A stretch of 64,000 nucleotides of DNA, from positions 186,001 through 250,000 of the forward strand of contig NIVC01000350.1 of assembly GCA_002269645.1 (NCBI GenBank), given 5' to 3'. The DNA is from Macrostomum lignano. Its lineage: Eukaryota. The notes below the pieces were generated by a model that made no database searches, had not been told where the DNA came from, and saw only the letters and a list, made by a program, of their open reading frames with translations. Below, piece by piece: positions 23,431 through 36,171 of the stretch. The first letter of the stretch is position 1, and every line of letters begins with the position of its first letter. Both the position numbers and the translations under genes were made by a program.

Positions 23431-26198
23431 CTGCATGGTCTTTATTGAGTCTCCACTCTAGTCTGTTCCATATGCTTTCTTTCTCTTATTCTGAACTCTA
23501 GTCCAACTCCATCTGGTAGTAGCAGCCATTTTTTCCAACTCCTAGAACTTCGAGTCAGAATCAGCCTGATTGGCAGGTCTCAATTTTACCCGAGGCAGTT
23601 GTCAATAAAAGCAGCTGCAAATTTTTCAGCTGATAACTCACGAGTAAGAGGCGTAGAACTTTTATTGATCAGCTGCTGTACTGCACAGAGGCACAGGCAA
23701 GAAGCTAAAAGTACATACATGTCTGACATAACTTTAGAGGGATAGAAGAGTGGTTGGATATAAATAACCATAATTTGCATAAAACAGTCTGCTTTCTTTG
23801 AAAAGAGTTTTCGCATAAAATCATAGAATATTGATAGAAAACGAATGCTTTCTTGGAAAATATATATGTTTCGTTTAACAAATATAACCAATCGAATTTC
23901 TTGTACTTTTTCAAGTCATTGGCCGTACATATATTACTTATCAAAAGAGAGCTAAGTAGTATCAAACGCAAATCGTACAGTTTGTACAACACAATCTCTG
24001 TCAATGAGATCATTGATAAAATAGCGTCTTTTTTAGTTTGAGACCAACAAAACCTGAAATTCTCAAGTTGAGTACGGCAGCCTGTACGCAATCTTATACA
24101 TAGAGGATCACTGCTTATTCCAGATAATATTGAGAAAATTGGGAAACTATATGTCATTTTTATTCAATAAAAATGATAATAGCCATATTCATGATGATGT
24201 GAGTTGCATTAATTGAGCAAGTCAAATGCACAACATGGGGAATTCTGTTAAGCAAATAATTTCGACATACGCGTACCGATCGTGTTAAAACAAAATTATT
24301 GTAAAATTTTTCAAGAAAAAACTAGAGGCGAGTAAGTTGACGCCTCTCGCTTAATCAGTGTAATTAACGATCATCTGCGATAAACTCTTTCCTTCAATTT
24401 TTTTGCGTGGCGCACAATTGTAGTTAAGAAGTAATTCCAGCTTGCAGTGACAACAGTGAGGTACTGCATGGTACCTGGCTAAGTAAATAATTTCTTAAGT
24501 GCAGCAGGTTGGGTTGTGTAGGCGTGAGTTCAGTGCGGTGCTCCGGTGTGTGCAACAGTTGCTGGTGCAGTTGAAAGTCTAACTATCTGACAGTTTTAAC
24601 ACTTGATCTTTTCTTTTATATAGTATATCCTTTCCCGATTGGTGTTGTGGAATATGTCATACCACATACATTCCAATACATTGCAGCGGGTGCAATTGTG
24701 GCTGCTGAAATTCTTTATGCGAATGCTCCAGTTATAAAAATAATATTAACAAGACAATGTAGCATAGTGGGGCACAGTAATTATTTTCAATATGATATTT
24801 CTAATAAATTCTTTCATCTGCGGTTAACTTGCAAAACCCTGAGAGCCCTTGAAAGCAAAGCTCATTGATTCTTGCGGAGACATGCTACCTGACGTTCTTT
24901 TATTTGTCTAATCTATGTAAAGCAGGCAAGAATAAACTACTTTACATTCGTTAGTAGTAGCATCTAGCAAGCACAGAGTCTACAACTTTTAGTTAGGGCG
25001 AATTTCGGTCCTTCACAAAAGTTTTTTGTTTGCATGGAAGATTAAGTTATTTGATGATAACTTGGTAAATATGCATCACAGAGGATCATATTTACATGCG
25101 GTGTAAATAATTGTTATTGTGGTACAGGGCGAGCACTTTTTGCACTATTGATTTTAACAAAAATTATTATAAATCAAAATTTCAAGATCAAGCATTGCAC
25201 TCCGAGTTTTGCATTGAAAAAATTAATATTAGTTATAATGATTTAAAAACTCAGAAAAGTATAAGTGATAGCGAAGTATTTTCATAGATAGTATATAAAT
25301 TATATAGCATTTTAAGTATGATAGTGAGTGTGATATTGATTACAGCTGTCGGAGATTTTTACTCGGGGGAATCAAAGAGAATTCCTAGGCAAGTATTTGG
25401 GCACGAATGCGGACATTGTGACGAATATTAGAGAACCAGAATTTCTAAAGGACAATGATTAAAATAACAGAAAGTTAATTATTGCACGTTGATGTGATTT
25501 AAAATGACACAATAAATTTTGTTAATATTTGAAACTTTAAAAAGTTAGCTCGCACAAAGATTGTCAGGGGGAACTGAGAGATCAAAATAAGAAGACATTA
25601 AAAACATAAGAAAGGGGGTCGCACCAATGCTAGCTTACATGTAGAGTTGTGGATGTACATTAAGAATTGTGGCTGAGTACTGTATTAATCTAGAAGCATT
25701 GTTAAGCATATTTTTCCTTACTGTAAAAATGGTCAATGAGAAAGAGCAACTTCATTTCGACGACACAATATTCAACGCAATGTTGTTTTAATTTTTTTAT
25801 AAAAACGAATTTTGCACGCACTGTTCACGAGCCAATTGTAGTCTGAAATTGAAAGTTTTAATTAAGATGGAGTATTCCGGTCGAGTCGAGTTACGTTAAA
25901 AGCATTATCTAAGTATTTCCACCCAATACATTTGGACTACTTATTAACAAAGTAGTATCACACTATTCATGGTCCTTTATTGCTAATAAGAGACCAAGGC
26001 TTTTATTGATTGGGTGGGCTTTGTCCGGAGGAATTGGCTTCGAGTGAAGTGTCGGGGCAGAGGAGTAGAAAATTAATGTACATTTAATATAATGGCCCCA
26101 AGACTAAAAAAATGTACATAGTACGTGAATATGTATACGTGACCCGGCCAATCAGCTTATTGGTGAACGGGGGGGGGACGATTTCTCTCAAACCGATT

Positions 26199-27361
26199 CA
26201 GGGATTTAATGATGGGGGGACAAGTCAAGAATTCTACATGTACATTATTTTGAGAAACCGTCTTGCTAGCGCTCATTTTGACGCCGCAGGCGGACACTCA
26301 TTTTGGCGCCGCAGACAGACACTCATTTTAGCGCCGCAGGCAGACACTCATTTTGGCACCGCATGCAGGCGCTCATTTTGACGCCGCAGGCAGACACTCA
26401 TTTTAGCGCCGCAGTCAGACACTCATTTTGGCGCCGCAGTCAGGCGCTCATTTTGGCGCTGCAGGCACTCATTTTGGCGCCGCAGGCAGGCACTCATTTT
26501 GGCGCCGCAGGCAGGCACTCATTTTGGCGCCGCAGGCAGGCGCTCATTTTGGCGCCGCAGGCAGGCGCTCATTTTGGCACCACAGGCAGACACTCATTTT
26601 AGCGCCGCAGGCAGGCGCTCATTTTGGCGCCACAGGCAGACCTTCAATTTGGCGCCGCAGGCGGACATTTTAGCGCCGCAGGCAGACACTCATTTTAGCG
26701 CCGCAGGCAGACACTCATTTTAGCGCCGCAGGCATACACTCATTTTAGCGCCGCAGGCAGACACTCATTTTGACGCCGCAGGCAGACACTCATTTTAGCG
26801 CCGCAGGCAGACACTCATTTTAGCGCCGCAGGCATACACTCATTTTAGCGCCGCAGGCAGACACTCATTTTAGCGCCGCAGGCAGACACTCATTTTAGCG
26901 CCGCAGGCAGACACTCATTTTAGCGCCGCAGGCAGACACTCATTTTGACGCCGCAGGCAGACACTCATTTTAGCGCCGCAGGCAGACACTCATTTTAGCG
27001 CCGCAGGCAGACACTCATTTTAGCGCCGCAGGCAGACACTCATTTTAGCGCCGCAGGCAGACACTCATTTTGACGCCGCAGGCAGACACTCATTTTAGCG
27101 CCGCAGGCATACACTCATTTTAGCGCCGCAGGCAGACACTCATTTTGACGCCGCAGGCAGACATTTTAGCGTCGCAGGCAGACACTCATTTGGACGCGAC
27201 AGGCAGGCGCCCATTTTGGCGCCGCAGGCAGGCATTTTTAGCGTTGCAGGCACTTTTTTGGCGCCCTGAAGCAAAATTATTGATTTCCATAACTGGTCAC
27301 AAGGTGGGGTGGGGGGCAAAGCGTTGGCATGTCTTCTGTCTCCCGGGTGGCGACGCCCCTG
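26199..27361 (+). mobile_element. hAT-like MITE with an expanded internal 25-bp array
   Basis: Right TIR TGGCGACGCCCCTG; degraded left end CAGGG; near-perfect 8-bp TSD AACCGATT (26191) / GACCGATT (27362); body homologous to the element at 47852..48124. Confidence 0.78.
26268..27255. repeat. 25-bp minisatellite (~40 copies) inside the MITE
   Basis: Unit GGCAGACACTCATTTT(A/G)GCGCCGCA. Confidence 0.96.
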
Positions 27362-27478
27362 GACCGATTCCATGTACGCGTAAATATGATCTAGAGGGTG
27401 CTAAATGTACTCAGTCTTACCCCAGTCATCCAATTCTCACAGGCGAACGTTGCCAGCGTGTGAGTTGAGATCTCTTCT

Positions 27479-27542
27479 TTATTCTGTGCATCCGTACAGC
27501 CGTTTGTGATCAGTGATTGGCGCTTTACAGAAGCCTGGGTAG
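27479..27542 (-). CDS. cpo: cpo/RBPMS/mec-8-like protein, putative terminal exon 8
   Basis: Acceptor aatttcag|C completes AG|C (Ser); YPGFCKAPITDHKRLYGCTE*. SYPGFC matches the (S)FPGFC segment of mec-8-type RRM2; AATAAA overlaps the stop codon. Confidence 0.6.
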
Positions 27543-28136
27543 CTGAAATTGACAGCGAGTTGTGCAAACAGTGTGAGAGCCATTCGACTAGCGGTTGACA
27601 TTGGAACCCACAGGAAGGACATTTCGCACTAAATTTATGTCTTGAACTTGAACGGATATGCCCGCATGTTTGATATATTAGGAATCATGAACTGCAAACT
27701 AATATAGCTCTAGCTACGAGTCTCAGAGAAAGATGAGACAACCAACTCAGCGTAAAATTTGTCAGTGACCTTGATTAAAAGAATAAGAAAAAAGTAAAAA
27801 AGGTGCGATAAAAACAAAGTATAGGTCGGTGCAAACCGTTACTTGAAGGGTTGCTCACTGCAGCTCTAAATGCGTTCCGAATTCAGCAAAAATGAAAGTT
27901 CATCTACAGCTCTCTCTCTTTCTCTGCATTCTGAATTAAGACGCTTGTTTAAATGGAAAACACACCTGAGATTCCTCAGCGCCTGCTCAGAACTGCTGCT
28001 TTGATAAGCGGGTGCTAGTCAGTTCGGGTGATTAACAGGGGTAAAGATTCGTAATGAATAACAGTCTCAGATTGACTGCTCAATTCACGCAATAGAATTA
28101 TTGCTAACACCCACCACCCTTAAATGTTTGGCATAC

Positions 28137-28201
28137 CTGGAGAACAAGTCCTTAACGTCCTGCTCAGTGCACAGTTGGCCCAGGCTATTCACGTACAAGG
28201 C

Positions 28202-28255
<54 letters not shown>

Positions 28256-28375
28256 CTGCTGACTAGTAGAGGAACCCGGCGATGGTTGATAACCGGTAGA
28301 GGCGGCGGCCGCGGCGGCTGCGGCAGCGGCAGCGGCGGCAGAGCCGGAAGTTGGCGGCATCACTGGCATGAAAGC
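28137..28375 (-). CDS. cpo: cpo-like exon 7 (poly-Ala, 20x Gln, start of a second RRM)
   Basis: cccag|GCT TTC ATG...; AFMPVMPPTSGS(A)n...(Q)20 ALYVNSLGQLCTEQDVKDLFS AG|gtatgc; phase 0 to 2; RNP2-like LYVNSL. Confidence 0.8.
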
Positions 28376-29128
28376 CTGGGTAGCGAGCGGGATAGCTTAG
28401 CCAAATGCGTGAATTCTGCCATCTAATGGCTGGCTTGACGGATTTTATCCACACTACTTCAGTATTAGCTATGAGGCTTCTCAGAGCATTAAGGCTTTTC
28501 ATTGATGTCTAGATCGCTTTCCACCAAATGACGGAACTAAAATCCTGTCAAACTTCGAGCCGGGGAAACGTCTTTTCCTAGCCTATGTCTGCATATAGCC
28601 TGTGCTGCCACTCCTACTCCTACAACAATTCCTTGTCAGAAAGTTGGAAAGTTGGTGCAGCAGGTGCGGACGCCGCGGTGCTCACGGTGTGTTTGTGTGT
28701 GATTTTTTTATATGTATCTGTGCGAAACAGAGTGAGAAATGGCTAGGGAGGAAGTGTATAAACGGGAAGAGAGAAGTGAGCAGATGCGACATTTTGAAGA
28801 AAGGCCAGTCGAAGTCGAATTTAAAATGGTTAATAAAATAGCTCTCTCTGTAAATTGTCTCGTGATTCAAATATTAATGCACAGGTTAGTAAAGTAACAG
28901 TTTCTGAGCGGTAAAACATCGGCCCAAAAACTAACGCGAGATTGCCAGTCTGAAGTGGGTCTGATATCCGTTCAAGTTCAAGTCAAATGGACAAAAGTAG
29001 TGGGCAGTTAGAAATCAAGCTCTACTGCTGCTATATGCAATTTATGAGCGTATCATAATTCACTCCCAACAAACTGGAAGAGAATTAGGCGAGGTAACGA
29101 TGAAGCGCGGAGCCTGAATCGAACTCAC

Positions 29129-29265
29129 AGCTCGAATGGGCATCTGAGTCAGCTGCTGCAGCGGTCCGGACGGGAACAGAGCCGGCGCGGCCAGGTCGGC
29201 GTAAGAGAAACCAGGATGAGTTGCCCAGGCGTCCGACGTGGGGATAAAAGCTGTGGTGAGCTCGG
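29129..29265 (-). CDS. cpo: cpo-like exon 6
   Basis: cccacag|CC GAG...; (S)ELTTAFIPTSDAWATHPGFSYADLAAPALFPSGPLQQLTQMPIRA|gtgagt; phase 1 to 0 fits both neighbours. Confidence 0.8.
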
Positions 29266-29430
29266 CTGTGGGATTTTTTTGAGAAATATTATAATCCAGT
29301 GGGTCCTTAGCCACTGTTTTCTAGGTACTGTCGAAAGTTTATATACTGGGGTTTCGACAGACTCCCGCCCGCAAAGCCTCCCTCGGATCCTTTTAAACTT
29401 CACAATATAGCAATCCCACCCACTCAAGGC

Positions 29431-29712
29431 CTCCTCTCCTCTCCTCTACTCTCCTCTCCTCTCCTCTCCTCTCCTCTCCTCTCCTCTCCTCTCCTCTCCT
29501 CTCCTCTCCTCTCCTCTCCTCTCCTCTCCTCTCTCTCCTCTCCTCTCCTCTCCTCTCCTCTCCTCTCCTCTCCTCTCCACTCCTCTCCTTTCCTCTCCTC
29601 TCCTCTCCTCTCCTCTCCTCTCCTCTCCTCTCCACTCCTCTCCTTTCCTCTCCTCTCCTCTCCTCTCCTCTCCTCTCCTCTCCACTCCTCTCCTTTCCTC
29701 TCCTCTCCTCTT
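29431..29712. repeat. (CTCCT)n pentanucleotide microsatellite
   Basis: Direct inspection; gives the spurious EERRG ORFs. Confidence 0.96.
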
Positions 29713-30233
29713 TCCTCTCCCTTCTCTCCTCGCCCTTTTCTCTTCTCTCTTACTTCATATCTCCTGCCCTTTGTCTTCTCTTCTTCTTTATTCCCTTGCA
29801 TCTCATTTCTCTTATCTCTCTCCTCTCTCTCCTCTCTCTCCCCTCATCTGATTCGCAGTCATGCACTAGGTTCTCCATCTGGTCCTTGAGGTAAAAAAAA
29901 GATCACCGATTCCTATTCTATACTTGTATACATCTCTGCAAGACACGTTTGCAAGCCATTGGACACGTTTCAAAGACAGAAGCATATTTTCTGCTCATTT
30001 CGAGTATAGTCACTGAACGTTGGTACAACGTCTTCAAAAGCAATGTTGGGAAAACGGGGGTCTTCTGGATACTGGTTCAAGTAGTCTGAGGAGACTGTTG
30101 TTGCTTTTAATGTTTTAGACGCATACTTCGAAGCCTCATGACACTTGTCAGTGACACTAAACTACCGGAGAAATTAGATATACATTGTTAAATTTTAGTT
30201 TTGAGCTCTAGAGACTCAGACTAATAAACTCAC

Positions 30234-30405
30234 ATCCAGTCAGCGGGTGCAGCAGAGTTGGATGCGCAGCGGCGGCGGCGGCGGCAGCTGCAGCGGCTGC
30301 GGCTGCCTGCTGCGGACTGTGCAGCTTCGGCTTCGTCACCTTGGTGTTGCTCTTGGCAAACTCGAGGCGCAGCGTCTGCGGCAGCTCCAGGTCGAATTTC
30401 ACGCC
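30234..30405 (-). CDS. cpo: cpo-like exon 5 (end of RRM1)
   Basis: cacgccag|[27 protein letters not shown]...(A)14[11 protein letters not shown]|gtgagt; matches cpo/RBPMS GVRFDP..PQT.RLEFAK.NTK. Confidence 0.95.
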
Positions 30406-31267
30406 CTGGCGTGGTGAAGATCAATGCGGTTTTTGTCATTGGTTTCAAGCCAGCCAAGCAGCTATAGACTGAGCTAAATGAGAGACAACACCCCCACATG
30501 TTCAGCTGAGAATTGACGTAATTTTTTTTAAATCTGACGCACAGAAGTTGAGAAGGGGAGCCAATGCTTCTCAAAGCTGAGCCAGGAAGCCGAGTTGGGG
30601 TGCAGTGAAGCAGAATGGAGATGCCGAGGGATTGAGAGGATGGAGTGGTGCACTGGGGAAAACTGCATTCTTGAAACTGTTGTCAAATCTTGAGCGTGTG
30701 TTTTTTCAAGCTCCGAGAATTAAACTTTCGCTCGTCGAAGATGATGAGAACGAAAGAAAAATAAACGACTCAGGAAGAAAGAAAGATGAAGAGGGAGAGG
30801 GAGTGAGTCGGGGTTAGTCCGGGAGATCGACAGTCTGGAAGGAGAGCCTCAGTTTCGAGTGCGCTTGTGGCATTTCAGCATCCCCCGTAGGCTGCATCAT
30901 ATCTGAGAGCAGACAGGAGAGTATAGGTAGATTCAGAGATGGGGAAGATGAGAAAGGCTGCTGGCCCACTCAAAACGCGGGGCTAAGTTGGACCCCTAAC
31001 CCCCCCTTCCCACTCTTGCGTGCCTGGCTAACTCCGCAGGAGATGGGCTATCGATTTTATCGACTCAATTTTCCCTGCCGAGCCTCGAGGCCTCTCCCCT
31101 TTGCCTAAGCTGGCCCAGGCTAGAAAGAAAGTTTTCTGCGCCAGCAATGCGCAAGCAATTAATGGCTGACATAGTATGGACAGCGAGTCACGCCTAAAAC
31201 AAGATGCAAATAAATTGCCGATAGAGGGGGGAAGATGGATGTCAATCAAGGACAGAGAATGCCTCAC

Positions 31268-31330
31268 CTGGAGATCCTTTTTAGCCAGCTCGGCGTCCAA
31301 GCGAGTTTTGAAAGTCACGAAGCCCACGGG
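31268..31330 (-). CDS. cpo: cpo-like exon 4 (RNP1)
   Basis: tgccag|PVGFVTFKTRLDAELAKKDLQ|gtgagg; 63 nt. Confidence 0.95.
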
Positions 31331-31622
31331 CTGGCAGGGGATGGCAAAGGGGGGGACGCGATATTCTTTGTGCGCTAATGGCTTCGCACTGATGAAGTAA
31401 GGACTGGCGAGTCTCAATTATCAGTGAGTTGACGGTGCCTTGACCATCATACTCGTGCATTCTGAAGGAAGCCTGTGCATGTTTGCGTCTTTTTTATTAT
31501 AACTTGAGACTGTCTTGTGGACGTTTTCAATCATTTTATTCAAAACCACTACGCGTAGTAACAGCGTGATCTGTGTAGTCATTGTCGTCGTTACTGAGAA
31601 CTTATCTCATAAGCTGACTTAC

Positions 31623-31676
31623 CGAAGTTGTCTTGCCATTCTTCCCAGTCACCTTCAGCAGCGACGTCTCGTAGCC
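31623..31676 (-). CDS. cpo: cpo-like exon 3
   Basis: ctgcag|GYETSLLKVTGKNGKTTS|gtaagt; 54 nt; matches cpo GYEGSLLKVTSKNGKT. Confidence 0.95.
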
Positions 31677-31765
31677 CTGCAGATGAGACATGGAGACAAC
31701 ACTTGAAGTCAGTAAGTCATAGGCTGTTCAAACTTAAGAAATCGTGAGAAATAAATTCAAAGCAC

Positions 31766-31843
31766 CTTGAATCCGCGGAACAACAGGTAGAGCTCTCGCT
31801 GCTTTGTGTCCATCGGTAGCCCGCTGACAAACAGAGTTCGAAC
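31766..31843 (-). CDS. cpo: cpo-like exon 2 (RNP2 of RRM1)
   Basis: ttgcag|[26 protein letters not shown]|gtgctt; 78 nt; the [10 protein letters not shown] signature of the RBPMS/cpo/MEC-8 family. Confidence 0.96.
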
Positions 31844-34800
31844 CTGCAACGTCGTAGGTTGGGGGCAAAGACTGGATCAAGGGTTAAGTCACATGCCTCC
31901 TGCTTGCTAGCGCTTTGACTTTGAAGCAGCGCTGCAACGAGGCTTGGCAAAAACAAGCAATGACTAAAGAAAGTTCTATTGCTTCTATTAGGGCTTTAGC
32001 GGACACCTGACACCCCGGGTCCCAAGCCCTAGCTGAGACGGAACTGGAGCACCTGTTCGGGCCTGAGAATCTAGCCTGCGTCATTTTCTCACTAGCTGAC
32101 TGGTTGTGCAGAGCGCGGGACAGAAAAGGCAAAGCAGACAAGAAGAAAAGGAGAAAGGTGTTCGGATTCGCATGGCTAATTGCTGTTTTAGCCAGATTTT
32201 TGCGCCATTTGCTAAAACTCTTCGAACTTTGTGTCTGCCTGCTGTGTGCCCACGAGAATGTCGGCATGTATGCAATGCTTTAAGCAGAGACTGTTTTCAT
32301 CATACGAGCTAAATTTTCAAAGTGGCACTGCTCAAGTTAGGCAAAGAGTTGCTTGCAGTCTAGTGTCCTGTGTATAACCAATTGACGCATCATGCATCGG
32401 ATTCAATCATACCAAAGTAGTCAGTTACATTTTGTAGAAAGTCGATACATTTCAAGTCTGGATAAACAGCTTCGTGTGCTGCAGGCCCCTAAGCTCTACA
32501 AGAGTGTCTTATGCATGATTTGTAGTACGCTTAGACCTTGATTCGTACCTGTCTTAGAAACTTGTTTTTTTGTTTGCAAATACACGAATGGAAAGTGTTG
32601 AGAAAGCTAAAATATTCAAATTCGATAGAGTTCGGCTTCTCTCTTTCTCCGTCTCTGCCTGACCCCCCCCCCTTAGTTCTCTCTACCAAAATATGGAATC
32701 GCAGTCAGGGATTGAATTTTGATACACCAGGAAGCGAGCCCTCGCTAAACAACGGTTAAACCCTTTACTAAGCAATGTAATATTTAGTTTACCTGCCTAA
32801 TAAAATTATTATGAGCCCCCGGGGAGTTAGTTGAACAGAGGGGGGGGGGGCAATCAAAGTCGCTGAAGCAGCAACATCCGGTCCTGGGTGGGCCTTGGGC
32901 CAGGCCTGGGCCTGTTGCGACCCAAAGGAAAAGTGAAAGCAACTAAAGCTAGCACACCTTCCAGCCCGATTTTTTCTAAAATTCCTTAGCGTTAATTTTT
33001 TTCCATTTTTACATAAGCGCTTTATATTCCTGAATTTTTGTTACACCTGACCTGGCTAGGAGCAGCGGTTTTTCACGCCTGGCTCACTCGAGCAGGAGGG
33101 AGAAGGAAAACTGAGGAAAATATAAAATAGCAGAAACACTGGGGAGGGGAGCGCAGTGGGGAAATTGCAATAAACACACGGATGGCAACAGCTGCTGCCC
33201 CACAATACGCTGGGCACTGCGACTGTAGGCCTGTGGCCTTCATGGCGATCCAAATTCTTACCAATACTATTGCAAACATGCTGTTAGCAACTTTCGCTTG
33301 CTTTATTTATCTAAATTATCTCTCTCCATGCATTCTTAACTTTGATTTATTTGCGGCCTTTGACGCCGCCACACACTGAAGAATTTCTATGAAAATGCTA
33401 CCTTGCGTACCTACTCCTGTGGCATCTCGGCCTCCTCTCCACCTGAGCTTGAGTAGTAATCAAGTCTCAGGCAGAACACACAGAGAGAGGTATTGAGCAG
33501 GATTTTAGGAGTGCCCATGCAGTTTTTACGCCAGTATAAAACCATTCCTTACTTTGGCAGCTGGAAATTCTTGGAAAACAAAGCCATCAGCATGGCGGGT
33601 AGAGAGAGACTTGGATTCTACTCAGGCCTGGCTGTATTGATTTTTGTTAGCAATATGCCGGCAGTCTCATTTGCTTTTAATCAGCAGCAGCACTGCCTGC
33701 CCCTCTCTCCCTCTGGCGCACCTGCACACCAGTTCTTATTGAATTCTGGGCTTTCGGGCAAGAAGCTGGGTATGATGGAGAATGCAAGAAGCTGGGTACG
33801 AGAGCATGACGGAGAATGAATTCAAATTAAACAACAAATCCAGATTTTTAGAGTAAATATTTCCAGTTCTTAGAGATGCATGGGTGCGCTTGAAATCTTC
33901 AAGTAAAATATTCTTTATTCCCTCGCTTTTCCCTTGTCCCATCTCTCTTCTCTATTCCCTCTCTTCTCTCCCCTTAGTCATCATTCTGTCTCTGCAGAGT
34001 TAGGGAAATCATTTAAAAGCGATATGTTTAGAAAGACACAATATTATGTGCAGTTTTTAAGCAAACATCAGATGAATCTCTGCAACTGCCTCGTTGTCCT
34101 CAGTGCACTGCCCTCTTGTTACAATTGCTACTCAAAGCTATTTCCTGACCATGTCGCTTCTCTGGCCTGTCACTCAAAGCTGCCCCGAGCACAGGCCTTT
34201 GCCCCCCCCACCCAGATCATACTCATTTTTCGTGGAAACTGCAGCCATTACACACTCACCAATAATAACAACTTATTCTGTAGTGCGAGAGAGTGTGTGA
34301 ACTCTTAACCGGAATAATAGCCTACATATTGTCGCGCGGAGGCTGGGAGGTCTGCCACTCGTCAATAAAGAGACGATGAAGCATGATACAGCACATAGAT
34401 GTAAAAAAGTAGCAATGAATCCGAAGCAGCCATCTGTAATGTGCAGTTCAGTCTGACGCAGAGACGCTGGAACTATTGAGTTTGCAAACTTTGTTTTCTA
34501 CCAGAAACAGGCGTGGGCCGCGCCGCATCTCCCCCTGGGAAGGGGGGGGCTGCAAAATGAAGTCAAGAAGCAGCACTGCTAGGAGCTGATACTACAGCAG
34601 CAACCAGCGATGGAAGCAACTCTCCAAGACAACTTTTGATAGTTCCCCTGCATGCCGTACAAAATATGATCACGTCGACAGCCAAGTCGGTCAATACAAA
34701 TTGGCTTAGCCGCACCGAGTGGTTCCCCAAAGGCGACCGAAAGCCGGTGGAAAAGATGGGAGGGCGAGACAGAGTCCGGGCACAGCAGCAGAGATGACGC

Positions 34801-34931
34801 TAAACGCCTCAAGGACGCGGAGCACCGTAGCTCCTCATCCAGCCATGCGCCCAGCTTCACCCAAGATTTAATCAGATTAAACACGCAAATTCAATTACTC
34901 AATTCCCAGCCACCGAATATGTCAATAGAGT

Positions 34932-34972
<41 letters not shown>
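34932..34972. repeat. (GA)n microsatellite; further (GA)n tracts near 35335-35370 and 37929-37965
   Basis: Direct inspection. Confidence 0.9.
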
Positions 34973-34975
<3 letters not shown>

Positions 34976-35333
34976 GGGACTCTAAGTCTATCTCGGCCAA
35001 GGCTAGAAGCTTCACAGTTGAGAATCAGCATAAGAAAGACGGAATTCTCTCCAATGTCAATCAACAGGTCATTCTTACTCCCCGCTCCCATTTATAGCGG
35101 CTTTCTATCTGTCTATATTCATCCCCGCCTGCACACATTGAAGATGGCAGGAATAATACAATTAATAAAGTTGTAAAACACGCTCAACTCCTTTAGATAA
35201 CTAACAACTCCTATACAAACTGCATGGTATTATTTGCTGAATCACGGGCGGATTCTCAATTTGCAAGAATAAAGAATGTGTTTTGCACACCGCACGCCGT
35301 TGTTGAAGGAAAGTGAAGAGGACAGGAGAAAGA

Positions 35334-35372
<39 letters not shown>

Positions 35373-36171
35373 TGTGGGAGAGAGAGTTAAAAATGGCAAC
35401 ATCTTATAGCTGGGCTGGCAATTCCCTATATGCTCTCTCCGCATGCATGCAGTCCCTCAGTCAGTCGCGCTGGCCTGCATTAAAGGAAGAGGTCGAGACC
35501 AGACTGCGGAGAGAGAGAGTCGATACTTTCTGGCCGAAGAGTAGGTTGGTAAAGGGGTTGGGCAGGCTTGCGAGTGAGTGAAAATAGAAGAGGCCAAAAA
35601 TGCATTGGGCAGGAAAATTTGGGAATCGTTCAGCTAAGAGGGGGGGGGGGCAGCGGTGGGAGCGCAGACAGGAAGGAGGGCCGCCGAAACCGGACTCCGC
35701 AGAGTCGGCGCTGTCAGCAATTGAGGGAGGAGGGGGGCATGGGTGAGACCTGAAATTTCAACTGGCTTGGACAGCCTAAGGAGGGAGACAGCTAAAGGAG
35801 AGAACGGTAGAAAGAAGGTCTCGGCTTGCTCCTGACAAAGCAGTCCAAGCTGTTTCTATTTCGGCTTTAACGGCCGGGACAGGGCTGTGGGGTCTGCGGT
35901 AATCTGGTGAGAGAATTTCCCAAGCCCCCGCCCTCGCTGAAGGGCGGAGCTGCAGACCGCCGGCTCTCATTATGCAATTTACGATCGGCAACATAAATCC
36001 ATCAGCGGAGAGAGAGAGAGAGAGCGACAGGGGGGAGGGGACCTGCACATCTCATTAGAAATATTAGGCAGCTCTGCCCTCCATTTCGGTGCTCCCCTGC
36101 CTGTTCGTTTCGGATTCTGTCCGACTTTGCCTCATCTTGCCCGCGTGTGTTCATCTGGAATTGCAGCAGTA

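Noticed and set aside
23586-24157. AT-rich minus-strand ORFs as the missing cpo RRM2 exons
   Set aside because: No RNP1 or RRM-like motif; the CIRLR similarity is too short to count.
24320-24352. AAACTAGAGGCG...CGCCTCT hairpin as a Helentron/HINE terminus
   Set aside because: Only a 7-bp stem, and no matching second terminus was found.
29393-29801. EERRG charged repeat ORFs
   Set aside because: Translation of a (CTCCT)n microsatellite.
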